The position numbers were made by a program, and so were the translations under genes. The notes under the pieces were generated by a model, which searched no databases, was not told the origin of the DNA, and was given only the letters and a program-made list of their open reading frames with translations. This document shows positions 48,531 to 57,857 of a stretch of 64,000 nt of DNA, piece by piece (the stretch's first letter is position 1; the number at the start of each line of letters is the position of its first letter). This stretch comes from an uncultured Armatimonadetes bacterium (GTDB lineage: Bacteria > Armatimonadota > UBA5829 > DTJY01), in contig OY970325.1 of assembly GCA_963717145.1 (NCBI GenBank), forward strand, positions 3,072,001 through 3,136,000, given 5' to 3'.

Positions 48531-51500
48531 TCCCCGTAGGGCGAACCGCGAAGAGCCGCGTCTGGCCGGGATCGAAGGGGCAGTCGATCTCCTGCCCTGA
48601 GCCCTCCCAACCATCGAAGAGGTCGCGGATGGTGACTGGCGTCGGCCACGCGAGCTTCACGCTTCCGGCTTTCGGACTCGTGACGCTGACGAGTTCGCGG
48701 GAAGAGTAGACGCAGTATTCCTGCGGCGCGTAGAAGTGAACTCCCGCCTCCTGTGCCCATTGCCGGATCAACGCGGTCGAATGAGGCGGAATCCCACACC
48801 AGATCAGCCGCCCGCCGTTCGCGAGAGGCCGCTCCGCGCCGGCGGACTTCCCGTCGGAGTAGCGGAGGAATCCCTCGCCCTCGATGAAGGCGCGCGGTCG
48901 GACCGTGGCGTCGGTGTCGGTGATGGGCGTGCCGTCGGTCAGGGTCATTCGGGCGGGCAAGGAGGCGTCCTCGATCTGGATCGGGAGGCCGAGGAGACCG
49001 GATACCGCGTCCGGCTGCCATACGCCCTGGACGGGATTGACCAGTCCGGGAGCGCCGACGACAATGATCGTGCGCCCGCCCTTCTCGATCAGCCGCTCGA
49101 GCCGGGCGATGTCCTCGGGCTTCGCGGCGGTGGCACAGGCGATCACGACGAGCTTGATCCGCTCGGGCAGGCGATCGAGGTCCGAGAGCAGCCACACACC
49201 GACCGGAGCGCCGGTCCGCCCGCAATGGAAGAGCAACTGCGTGTTCGTCCAGCGCAGGTACTCCGACTCGGGGCATGACCAGGCGAACGTCGGGCCGTCG
49301 ACGACGAACGCGATCTCCTCGGTCGGCGTCCGGTCGTACTTCAGAGCCTCACCCGCGACCCGGATCTGGCGCGCGAAGTCGGCCTGCAGACCGGCGTCGT
49401 GATGCCAGCTCGGCATGAGGGAGAACCACTCGTTCCCCGCACCGTGGACCGCGTTGTTGGCGGTCTCGCGCCTCTGCATCTGGATCGCGCCGTTCTGCGG
49501 ATTGCCCGGGTCGTACTCCCGATACCAGTGGAGCGGATGAAGCCACGAGAAGAGATCGTTGCTGTCACAGTAGATCTTGCCCGCCGCGAGGACGCTCTCG
49601 GTCGCCGAGATGTAGACGCTGTAACCGTTGAGGAAGTCGCGGAAGTTGTGCAGGGGGACGCCGCCGATCACATCGACGTTCGGATCGGCGAGCACCTTCT
49701 CGACCGCGAAGTTCCCGCCGATCGGGCCGCGGAACTCGCCGGCGAGCTGGATGACGTAGCCGAAGAAGACGGCGTTGATCGAGCGCCCGCCGGTCTCCTC
49801 CTTCGACACCTTCGCGAGCCGGCAGATCGTTTCCGAGGTGAGGTCGGCGTAGTATTGGTTGTATGCCGCTGCCATCTTTCGCTCAGGCGGGTAGAAGTCG
49901 TAGCCGGGACAACTGCGCTCCGAGGGAGGCGGGATCGGTGCGCCGAAGCGGTCCTCGTTCGGCTGACTGTAGTCGCCGAACAGCTTGTCGTTGCTGCCCC
50001 ACGCGAACCACTCCGACGTAACCTCGCCCATCAGCCACATTCCGAGCAGGCGGCTCGCCCACGGTTGGGCCTTGCAGTACCGGAGGAGCTTCCGCAGCTC
50101 GAGTTCCTGGTCGCGATACCACTCCTCGGAGGCGATCGATCCGGCACGGTTGCCGATTCCCTCTTCCCAGATGAGGCCGTTGATGCGGACGAGCTGATCC
50201 TCGTGGGTCTGATCCCAGATCGGTGGGAGGCGGAGGTTGATCGCGAGGAAGATCATAGCGTCGGGGTTGGCGGCGAATGCGCTTGCGACCTGCTCATCGA
50301 CCGAGCCGTAGTCGTAGACGCCGGGCCTGGGACAGTAGCGCCCGAGGTCGCACTGGATGGTGAGCACGCTCGCGCCCGATCGGCCGAAGTCGGCGGCGTT
50401 GCCGGGTTGGAAGTCGGGGGACTGGTAGCCGGTCCATGGGAATGGCTTGCCATTGACGAATAGCGTCGGCCGGCCATGATACATCCGCCGCTCGACGCGC
50501 GGGAGTTCGTTGGCGACGGATTGTGTAGTGGCCGTGCCTCCGTGCCGGCCAAATCCGCCATCGCATGTAGTGGCCGTGCCTCCGTGCCGGCTAACCACGT
50601 CGCTGGCCGGCACGGAGGCACGGCCACTACATGCGATCTCGACCTCGGCCTCCGGTCCATCGGCGCGGTATCCGTCGGCCACCAACCCGACCGTCGCGGG
50701 ACCGGGCGCGAGGTAGAATGGGACCGTCCGCTTCACCCGGCATCGGCCCTTCGCCAGATCGTCGATCTCCCCCGGAGTTAACCGGATGCGCCACACGACC
50801 CACGGCTCCCGCCGCACCTCCAGGTCGATCACCCGACCACCCGGCTGTAGGGGCGTGCCTTGTGCCGCCTGCGACGGCGTACCGGGCGGTGCAAGGCACG
50901 CCCCTACGGCGTGAGAATCCACATCCGGCGGCACAAGGCACGCCCCTACAGCGTCGATGGCGAATTCGGCCTTCTGCCCCGGATGGAGGATCGGCGGACA
51001 CCTCAGCTTGGTCACCTGGAGGCCGGGTGCGGGCGGGTAGTGGTATGTGCAATCGTTGAGGAAAAGCTCGTAGTCCGCATCCTTCTCGAGACCCTGGATG
51101 GAGAGCCGCATCACACCGGGATACCTGGGCGTCGGCGGCTCGGTACGGTCGGGCCAGCGCGCATCGGCGAACCGGAACTCGACCGTGCGCTCGGTCATCG
51201 GCTCGACCTTCTGCGGCTCACCGAGCACCCACTCCACCGCCTGATTCGCGGATCCCGGATGCCAGGGGAACTCCGCATACTGCGCCTTGACGAGGACCGA
51301 CTTGGCGGAGTTGTTGCGCACCCGGAAAGAGAGGCTGGTCGGCTCACGACGGATCAGCGGGCACTCGGCACTGAGGGATGCCGTGTCCGTGCCATTCGAC
51401 CTGATCCGCCAGCGCGTGCTCCATCCGCCACTCCGCCTCACGAGCGACATCTCGTTCACGGCGAACATCGACGCCCGCTCGAAGACGCCTTCGCCCGGCG

Positions 51501-51642
51501 AGCAGGCCCGCATCTCGAAGGTCGGGAGCCGGTCCACCATCGACCGGGAGTATGCATCGTCAGGGTATGTGGTCATCGCCGATTCCCCCTGGATACCAAG
51601 CAGGCATAGAAGCGCCACCAGCACGATCCGGTTCTTGTGCAC
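48523..51642 (-). CDS. Large secreted putative glycoside hydrolase (beta-galactosidase-like) with two in-frame REP insertions
   Basis: Signal peptide; GRPTLFVNGKP, GVYDY, SIASEEW, EWFAW, DYSQP, FFGY, AQEAGVHFY; family assignment tentative. Confidence 0.7.
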   Translation of the reverse strand: MHKNRIVLVALLCLLGIQGESAMTTYPDDAYSRSMVDRLPTFEMRACSPGEGVFERASMFAVNEMSLVRRSGGWSTRWRIRSNGTDTASLSAECPLIRREPTSLSFRVRNNSAKSVLVKAQYAEFPWHPGSANQAVEWVLGEPQKVEPMTERTVEFRFADARWPDRTEPPTPRYPGVMRLSIQGLEKDADYELFLNDCTYHYPPAPGLQVTKLRCPPILHPGQKAEFAIDAVGACLVPPDVDSHAVGACLAPPGTPSQAAQGTPLQPGGRVIDLEVRREPWVVWRIRLTPGEIDDLAKGRCRVKRTVPFYLAPGPATVGLVADGYRADGPEAEVEIACSGRASVPASDVVSRHGGTATTCDGGFGRHGGTATTQSVANELPRVERRMYHGRPTLFVNGKPFPWTGYQSPDFQPGNAADFGRSGASVLTIQCDLGRYCPRPGVYDYGSVDEQVASAFAANPDAMIFLAINLRLPPIWDQTHEDQLVRINGLIWEEGIGNRAGSIASEEWYRDQELELRKLLRYCKAQPWASRLLGMWLMGEVTSEWFAWGSNDKLFGDYSQPNEDRFGAPIPPPSERSCPGYDFYPPERKMAAAYNQYYADLTSETICRLAKVSKEETGGRSINAVFFGYVIQLAGEFRGPIGGNFAVEKVLADPNVDVIGGVPLHNFRDFLNGYSVYISATESVLAAGKIYCDSNDLFSWLHPLHWYREYDPGNPQNGAIQMQRRETANNAVHGAGNEWFSLMPSWHHDAGLQADFARQIRVAGEALKYDRTPTEEIAFVVDGPTFAWSCPESEYLRWTNTQLLFHCGRTGAPVGVWLLSDLDRLPERIKLVVIACATAAKPEDIARLERLIEKGGRTIIVVGAPGLVNPVQGVWQPDAVSGLLGLPIQIEDASLPARMTLTDGTPITDTDATVRPRAFIEGEGFLRYSDGKSAGAERPLANGGRLIWCGIPPHSTALIRQWAQEAGVHFYAPQEYCVYSSRELVSVTSPKAGSVKLAWPTPVTIRDLFDGWEGSGQEIDCPFDPGQTRLFAVRPTGTS
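50524..50631. repeat. Three GTAGTGGCCGTGCCTCCGTGCCGGC REP units in-frame in the hydrolase
   Basis: Two direct and one inverted copy; encode CSGRASVPA...RHGGTATT...RHGGTATT; same family as 5194. Confidence 0.92.
50846..50950. repeat. Three GTAGGGGCGTGCCTTG(T/C)xCCGCC REP units in-frame in the hydrolase
   Basis: One forward and two inverted copies; encode VGACLVPP...VGACLAPP...AAQGTPLQ. Confidence 0.92.
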
Positions 51643-51759
51643 AATTCGGTCCTCCTCCGTTTCGGCCAGTATAGAGGATAAGCGCGCGCGTATCAACCGG
51701 GAGGATACGGAGGGTCACCGGCGGAACAGTGAGATGACCGATGACGAAATGGAGAGCAT

Positions 51760-53532
51760 ATGACTTCGCAAGCATGTCTGATGGCAACCCTGGTCCTGCT
51801 GCTGGTGTCCGGGTCAGTAGCCGGCGTGATGAAAGACGGAGGCGGCATGGTAGTAGCATCCGGTGGCAAGAGCAGTTGCGCGATCATCATCCCCGACGGT
51901 GCAAGCCCTGTCGTCAAGTACGCGGCGCAGGAGCTTCAGCACTACCTGGCCGAGATATCCGGAACGACGCTGAAGATCGTGTGTGAACGTGATGCAGTCG
52001 GACAGCACGGATTCGTCCTGGGCCGATGCGATCGAAACGGGGAGTTACAGAAGAGGCTCGGCGAACTGCGCGAGGATGGGGTTCTCATCAAGACAGTCGG
52101 CGAGGACATCGTGCTTCTCGGACAGAACGATCGCGGCCAGATCTACAGCGTCTACGTCCTGCTCGAACGGTTCCTCGGAGTGAAGTTCTTTGCGGGCGAC
52201 TGCACATTTGTCCCGAAACAGTCGGAGATCGTGCTGCCCACGATCGACTATGCCTATACACCGCCGTTCATGTACCGGGAGACGCTCTATTGGGACAGCT
52301 TCCCTCGGGATATCGCGACGAGTCAGCGGCTGAACGGCCCATACACCAAGTGTGATGCAGAGGTCGGCGGGAAGATTCAGTTTCAGCCCTACGTCCACAG
52401 CTTCAACAAGCTCGTGCCGCCTGAGAAGTACTTCGCCGAGCATCCCGAGTACTTCAGCCTGATCGAGGGCAAGCGGACGAACCTGACCGTCCACGGCCAG
52501 CTTTGCCTCACCAACCCCGATGTGCTCAAGATCGCGACCGAGCAGGTGCTCAAGTGGATCGAGGAATACCCGGAGGTCCCGATCTTCGACGTCTCCCAGA
52601 ACGACGGCAACGGCCCCTGCGAGTGCGAGAACTGCATGGCGGTGGTCAACGAGGAGGGCTCGCAGCACGGGCCGATCCTCCGATTCGTCAACGCGATCGC
52701 CGATGAGGTCGGCAAGAAGTATCCCGACAAGTGGGTCGAGACCCTCGCCTATGCGTACTCGACTAAGCCGCCGGCGATCACCAGACCGAGGAAGAACGTC
52801 ATCATCCGCCTGTGCCACGCGGGATGCTACTTCCACGGCTTCGAGGAATGCGGACTCGGCGCGAACCTTGCGGCGAACCTGAGCGAGTGGAGCAAGGTGA
52901 CCGACAACATCTTCATCTGGCACTATGCGACCAACTTCGCGCACTACATCGCGCCGTGCCAGAATCTCAACGGCCTGGTCAAGGACATCAGGTATTACGC
53001 CACGCACAACGTCCGGGGGCTGATGGTGCAGGCCGACTACCAGAGTCCCGGCGGCGACATGGCCGAACTTCGTCAGTACCTCGCCGCCCAACTGATGTGG
53101 GATCCGAGCCGCGATCCGGGAGTCATCCGGCGGGAGTTCTGCAACGGTTACTATGGGGCGGCGGCCGGCGACGTGCTCAGGTACGTCATGCTGCTCGACA
53201 AGGCCGCCGAGGATCCGAACGTCCACGCGTTCGGCGCATGGGATCCGAAGGGAACGGCGTCCCCCGCGCTCGTGAAGGAGGGCCTGAAGCTGCTCGACCG
53301 TGCGCGGTCGAGGCGACTGAGCGCCGAGGAAGCGGACCGGGTGGACAGGCTGTTCCTGCCGCTGTGGTACATGCAGTTGAGCTATCCCGACGAGTATGGA
53401 CTGGCATCCAACAAGGCACCCGCCATCGTGAAGGAGTTCAGGCGAATCGCAGAGGCGAGCAAGATCACACATATCAACGAGGGCGCTGAGATCAAGCCGT
53501 GGCTCGGAGGTATGGAGTCGAGGTACCCATGA
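51760..53532 (+). CDS. DUF4838 domain secreted protein
   Basis: AAQELQHYL, YSVYVLLERFLG, HPEYFSL, QLCLTNPDV, SQNDG...CECENC, LAYAYS, LMWDP, YYGAA. Confidence 0.88.
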   Translation: MTSQACLMATLVLLLVSGSVAGVMKDGGGMVVASGGKSSCAIIIPDGASPVVKYAAQELQHYLAEISGTTLKIVCERDAVGQHGFVLGRCDRNGELQKRLGELREDGVLIKTVGEDIVLLGQNDRGQIYSVYVLLERFLGVKFFAGDCTFVPKQSEIVLPTIDYAYTPPFMYRETLYWDSFPRDIATSQRLNGPYTKCDAEVGGKIQFQPYVHSFNKLVPPEKYFAEHPEYFSLIEGKRTNLTVHGQLCLTNPDVLKIATEQVLKWIEEYPEVPIFDVSQNDGNGPCECENCMAVVNEEGSQHGPILRFVNAIADEVGKKYPDKWVETLAYAYSTKPPAITRPRKNVIIRLCHAGCYFHGFEECGLGANLAANLSEWSKVTDNIFIWHYATNFAHYIAPCQNLNGLVKDIRYYATHNVRGLMVQADYQSPGGDMAELRQYLAAQLMWDPSRDPGVIRREFCNGYYGAAAGDVLRYVMLLDKAAEDPNVHAFGAWDPKGTASPALVKEGLKLLDRARSRRLSAEEADRVDRLFLPLWYMQLSYPDEYGLASNKAPAIVKEFRRIAEASKITHINEGAEIKPWLGGMESRYP

Positions 53533-55058
53533 AAGCTGTTGGAGTGATGATCATGCTGATCGCTGTGACATGCATCGGACGGGGAAACGCCCGGACGATC
53601 CTGCTCGTGGACGATCATGATGTCCTCTATCGCTCCGGCACCGAGCGCGTGCTGAACCCCGCAGAGCGCTTCGAGGGCAATCCGGTCATCAAGCAGGACA
53701 AGCTCTGGGAGACTGCGCTCGGATGGGTCAGCGCCTATCGTGACCCCACGAGCGGGAAGTACCAACTCTGGTACCAGGGCTATGCGGGAGGTCGGGCGCA
53801 GCAGAAGACTCACCGATGTGTCGTTTGCTATGCCGAATCGGACGACGGCGTCCATTTCAGGAAGCCGAACCTCGGCCTCTTCTCGTTCAATGATATCAAA
53901 GAGACGAACATCGTGCTCATAGCAAACGGCGGCTACTCCGACCGCTATGGGAACGCGGTGGTCTTCGATCCGCGCGACAAAGATCCGAGCCGCCGGTACA
54001 AGATGGCCTACACCGATTTCGCGATCGACGAGGGCAAGGAATACCCCGGCCTGAACGTGGCGTTCTCTCCCGACGGCATCCATTGGACGAAGTACCCCAA
54101 AGCGCCGCTCCACAGGACGTCATATGGACACTATGAGATCCCGGTTCCCTATGAGGATGAGACCGGCGGCGAGCTGTGGCCCAACCCGCTCACGATGTCC
54201 GATGCGGTCGATGTCTTCTATGATCCCGTGCGCAAGGCCTTCGTCAGTTACGCCAAGATGTGGATCGACGGCCCGGCCGGCGGAATGCACTGGAAGCACG
54301 CGATGGGCCGGATCGAGAGCAAAGACTTCATCCACTGGGACGACCCCGAGCTGGTGCTCACGCCGGATGACCTCGACCCGCCGAGCGTCGAGTTTCACAC
54401 CTCGCCGGTCTTCTACTACAACGACCGCTATTTCTGCCTGAACCAGATACTGAACCGCGCGGTCGGTGGCGGGGTCATGGACATCGAACTCATGGTCAGC
54501 CACGATGGTTACGCGTGGGAGCGGCCGTTCAGGAAGGAGTTCTTCCTGCCACGCAGTCAGCCGGGAAGATTCGACAGCGGCTCGATCCTGACGAATTCGA
54601 CGCCGGTGATCCTCGGAGACGAGATGCGATTCTACTACGGCGGCTACCAGGGCGGCGCGACGGGTGGCGACGACGAGAACATGCCGAGCGGGATAGGGTT
54701 CGCCTCGATCCCGCTCGATCGGTTCGCCGGCATCAGACCTGTGGCAAAGAGCGATCAGCCGACGCTCCGGAAGCCTCTGGAGCACATCGGGCAGGTCACG
54801 CTCAAGCCGATCGATTCGAGTAAGGTCAAGAGCATCACGCTCAACGCCGACGCGTCCAACGGCTCGATCCGCGTGGAACTGCTCAACTCCCGAGGCCGGA
54901 GAATCCGAGGCTTCTCGGCAGACGACTGTGTCCCGATCAAGGGCGATTCCCTCGCGCACGAGGTGGCGTGGAAGGGCAAGACTGACGTGCCCCACGAGCG
55001 ATGCATGATCCGCATCCACCTCGACAATGCGACGGTGTTTGCACTCTCAGTCCTGTAG
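53529..55058 (+). CDS. Secreted beta-propeller glycoside hydrolase-like protein
   Basis: GNPVI, YAESDDGVHF, FSPDGIHW, SKDFIHW, SHDGYAW (Asp-box-like), FYYGG. Confidence 0.7.
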   Translation: MKAVGVMIMLIAVTCIGRGNARTILLVDDHDVLYRSGTERVLNPAERFEGNPVIKQDKLWETALGWVSAYRDPTSGKYQLWYQGYAGGRAQQKTHRCVVCYAESDDGVHFRKPNLGLFSFNDIKETNIVLIANGGYSDRYGNAVVFDPRDKDPSRRYKMAYTDFAIDEGKEYPGLNVAFSPDGIHWTKYPKAPLHRTSYGHYEIPVPYEDETGGELWPNPLTMSDAVDVFYDPVRKAFVSYAKMWIDGPAGGMHWKHAMGRIESKDFIHWDDPELVLTPDDLDPPSVEFHTSPVFYYNDRYFCLNQILNRAVGGGVMDIELMVSHDGYAWERPFRKEFFLPRSQPGRFDSGSILTNSTPVILGDEMRFYYGGYQGGATGGDDENMPSGIGFASIPLDRFAGIRPVAKSDQPTLRKPLEHIGQVTLKPIDSSKVKSITLNADASNGSIRVELLNSRGRRIRGFSADDCVPIKGDSLAHEVAWKGKTDVPHERCMIRIHLDNATVFALSVL

Positions 55059-55154
55059 GGAACGTGCCGCCGTGCCGTTCCGCTCTGTTGGAAGTCTGCA
55101 GACACTGATCGCATGCGATAGAGAGCGGAACGGCACGGCGGCACGTTCCCTACA
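55054..55154. repeat. GTAG REP doublet overlapping a stop codon
   Basis: Perfect 33-bp IR TGTAGGGAACGTGCCGCCGTGCCGTTCCGCTCT; its TAG is the stop of the upstream gene. Confidence 0.9.
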
Positions 55155-55183
55155 TATCCAGTTCTGCAGAAAGGTGAAGGACC

Positions 55184-56230
55184 GTGACATCACGTGAACG
55201 CATACTTGCGGCGATGAGGTTCGAGAAGGTCGACCGAGTGCCGGTTTCGCCCTGGCACTTCTGCAAGGTCGATCGGGAGAGCCCGCTCGGCCGGGAGCTT
55301 CTGGCCAAGACCGACCTCTTCCAGGACGTCCCCTCCGGCGGCGACCCGATTCTCGGCAAGGCGGTCAGGAGAGACTCCGAGAAACAGGGCGATACCACCA
55401 TCACGACCGTTCACACGCCCAAGGGGGACCTCGTGAGCAGGATGAGGCGCACGGAGATCACCAGCGCGCAGGTCGAATTCTTCCTCAAGGGGCCGGAGGA
55501 CGTCGAGAAGATGCTCTCCGTCCCCTACGATCCGCCGGATTTCGACCTCTCCGGTTACCATGCATGGCAAGACTTCATTGGCGACGAGGGGCTGGTGCTG
55601 ATCGGGCTCGTCAACGGCGTCGCGGTCCCGGCGTCGTGGTTCTCGCCCGAGGGTTTCTGCATCACATGGGCCGATGACCCTGACCTGATCGAGCGGATGA
55701 CGGCGATCATGACCGAGCGGATCATCAGCTACGTCGAGCGCCTGTGCGAGGCCGGAGTCGATGCCTTCAGGATCGTCGGCGGGGAATACGCCTCCGTCCA
55801 GCTCGGCCCGGATGCGTTCAAGCGGCTCTGCGTGAAGTACGACCGCGAACTGGTCGCTGCCATGCACAGGCACGGCGCGATCGCTCACTATCACAATCAC
55901 GGGCCGGTGATGCCCTACCTGGAGGACTTCGCGGCGATCGGGATGGACTGCGTCGACCCCCTCGAGTCGCCTCCGTGGGGGAATGCGGACCTCGGCGAGG
56001 CACGGCGGCGGCTCGGCGACCGAGTGTGCTTCCAGGGCAACCTCGACGACATGGAGGTCGTCGACAAGCTGCCGACGGCGGAGGTGCTGGCGATCGCGCG
56101 CGAGCGGCTCGATTCGGCGGGCGACCGGGGCTTCATCCTCGGCGGCACGACCTCCGGCACGTTCGGCGAGCAGGGAGCGCGGAACTTCATCGCCATGGCG
56201 GAGATGGTGGCGGGTGTAGGCGTTCCCTGA
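55184..56230 (+). CDS. Uroporphyrinogen decarboxylase (URO-D/MtaA)-family protein
   Basis: TSRERILAA...DRVPV, TPKGDL, HNHG, DPLESPPWG, GNLD, GFILG. Confidence 0.82.
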   Translation: MTSRERILAAMRFEKVDRVPVSPWHFCKVDRESPLGRELLAKTDLFQDVPSGGDPILGKAVRRDSEKQGDTTITTVHTPKGDLVSRMRRTEITSAQVEFFLKGPEDVEKMLSVPYDPPDFDLSGYHAWQDFIGDEGLVLIGLVNGVAVPASWFSPEGFCITWADDPDLIERMTAIMTERIISYVERLCEAGVDAFRIVGGEYASVQLGPDAFKRLCVKYDRELVAAMHRHGAIAHYHNHGPVMPYLEDFAAIGMDCVDPLESPPWGNADLGEARRRLGDRVCFQGNLDDMEVVDKLPTAEVLAIARERLDSAGDRGFILGGTTSGTFGEQGARNFIAMAEMVAGVGVP

Positions 56231-56232
56231 CG

Positions 56233-57708
56233 GTAACAGTTCAGGCTTGTGGATCATTTTGCGAGAGCAGTGAGAGTTTTTCCGACATTGTCGGCTTGCA
56301 ATAGGAAGGACCCTTGGCCGGGCGGGTGGAACATGCCTGTGTGGAAGAGTTCGACGGTCTGACAAGAGAAGAATTGGTGGGCATTGTCCTGGAGCAGCGG
56401 GAGATGATCCAGCGTCTCGTCAAGGAACTGGAGGATCTCAAGGCAAAGCTCTCGGGTGGCGGCAGTTCCACCCCCATACCTGACTGGGTCAAGCCGAACC
56501 GCAAAGAGCGCCGGGCAGCCGAACGAAAGAAGCGCCAGAAGTCGTTCGTGCGCAGGCGGGAGACACCCACCCGTGTAGTCGAGCACGCGCACTCGAAGTG
56601 TCCGGACTGCGGCCGAGCGCTCACAGGGGGCACGGTAAAGAGACTCCGCCAAGTCATCGACATCCCCATCGTGCCTGTGGACGTAGTCGAGCACAGGTTC
56701 ATCGCCAGAAGATGCGGATACTGTGGCAAGAGTCATGTGCCGAAGGTTGACCTTTCCGGCCAGGTTGTAGGCAAGCATCGGGTAGGCGTGAACCTGATGA
56801 GCCTGATATCGTATCTTTCGACGGTAGGTCGCATGACAAAGCGGACGATACAGGGATTGCTGAAGGCTCTGTATGGTCTTCAGCTCTCTGTGGGAGAGAT
56901 AAGCGAGATATTGCACACGGTGGCAGACTGTGGCAAAAAAGAGAAAGAGCGGCTACTCTCGCTTGTACGTGGAAGCCCATACATAAACGCAGACGAGACG
57001 GGCTGGAGAGAGGATGGGCTGAACGGATACATCTGGACCTTCTCCACTAAGAACGTGCGATACTTCATCTACCGGCGGAGTCGGAGTGGAGAGATCCCGA
57101 AGGAAACGATAGGCGGCGACTACGAAGGGGTAGTGGTAACGGATTGCTATGCCGGATACAACCCGGTAGTTGCAGACCGCCAGATATGCTGGGCACATCT
57201 GGCCAGGGATCTGCACAAACTGAAGGAGAGGAACGCGGACGACACGGGCGTCATCGCATGGGCGGATGCGGTGAAGGGTGTTTACGATCGGGCAAAGGAG
57301 TTCCGGAGCAAGAAGGCGGAGGTTCGCAAGTGGAAGCGAGTACTCTTCGAGGAAGAGGTAGAGGCGCTCTCAGGTCCGTATGTCGGCTCAGATGCTCCAC
57401 AGCAGACGCTGGCAAAGAGATTCATAGATCGCTTGCACGAGTTGTTCATGTTCGTAGAGTACCCGGAAGTACCGTCGGACAACAATGGCGCAGAACGAGC
57501 GCTGAGGCCGTGTGTGATCGCCCGCAAGGTATGCGGAGGCACACGAAGCGCGAAGGGTTCCGAGACAAAGATGACGCTCATGAGTCTGTTTGGCACATGG
57601 CACGTCAGGGGTCTGGACATGCTCGAATCATGCAGGCAACTGCTCGCAGGCAAGTCTGTCCTCTTCCCTGCCTGATCAAACTCGTTATCCCCAAGCGTGA
57701 ACTGTTAC
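56233..57708 (+). mobile_element. IS66-family element, single-ORF type (1476 bp)
   Basis: IR GTAACAGTTCAGGCTTG / CAAGCGTGAACTGTTAC; 8-bp duplication CCCTGACG (56225, 57709). Confidence 0.96.
56314..57675 (+). CDS. IS66-family transposase (start uncertain)
   Basis: CPDCG, CGYCG, ADETGW, VTDCYAGY, QICWAHLARD, DNNGAERALR. Confidence 0.94.
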   Translation: MAGRVEHACVEEFDGLTREELVGIVLEQREMIQRLVKELEDLKAKLSGGGSSTPIPDWVKPNRKERRAAERKKRQKSFVRRRETPTRVVEHAHSKCPDCGRALTGGTVKRLRQVIDIPIVPVDVVEHRFIARRCGYCGKSHVPKVDLSGQVVGKHRVGVNLMSLISYLSTVGRMTKRTIQGLLKALYGLQLSVGEISEILHTVADCGKKEKERLLSLVRGSPYINADETGWREDGLNGYIWTFSTKNVRYFIYRRSRSGEIPKETIGGDYEGVVVTDCYAGYNPVVADRQICWAHLARDLHKLKERNADDTGVIAWADAVKGVYDRAKEFRSKKAEVRKWKRVLFEEEVEALSGPYVGSDAPQQTLAKRFIDRLHELFMFVEYPEVPSDNNGAERALRPCVIARKVCGGTRSAKGSETKMTLMSLFGTWHVRGLDMLESCRQLLAGKSVLFPA

Positions 57709-57717
57709 CCCTGACGT

Positions 57718-57746
57718 TTGACACTCCATGGCACGGGTGATATACT
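57718..57746 (+). promoter_or_regulatory. Sigma70 promoter for thiC
   Basis: TTGACA-17 bp-TATACT with extended -10 TG. Confidence 0.8.
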
Positions 57747-57764
57747 CCGGGTGGAAGCATGTAG

Positions 57765-57800
57765 ACAGCCGCCAGGGGTGCTCCCATGTCAGGCATCTGA
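57765..57800 (+). other. Possible 5' remnant of a TPP riboswitch
   Basis: CCAGGGGTGC...CTGA at the expected place before thiC; the rest of the aptamer is absent. Confidence 0.4.
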
Positions 57801-57857
57801 CTCCATCTGTTCCATCCCTTTTCTATCTGTGCTATCTGTGTTCTGAAGGACTAAGTT

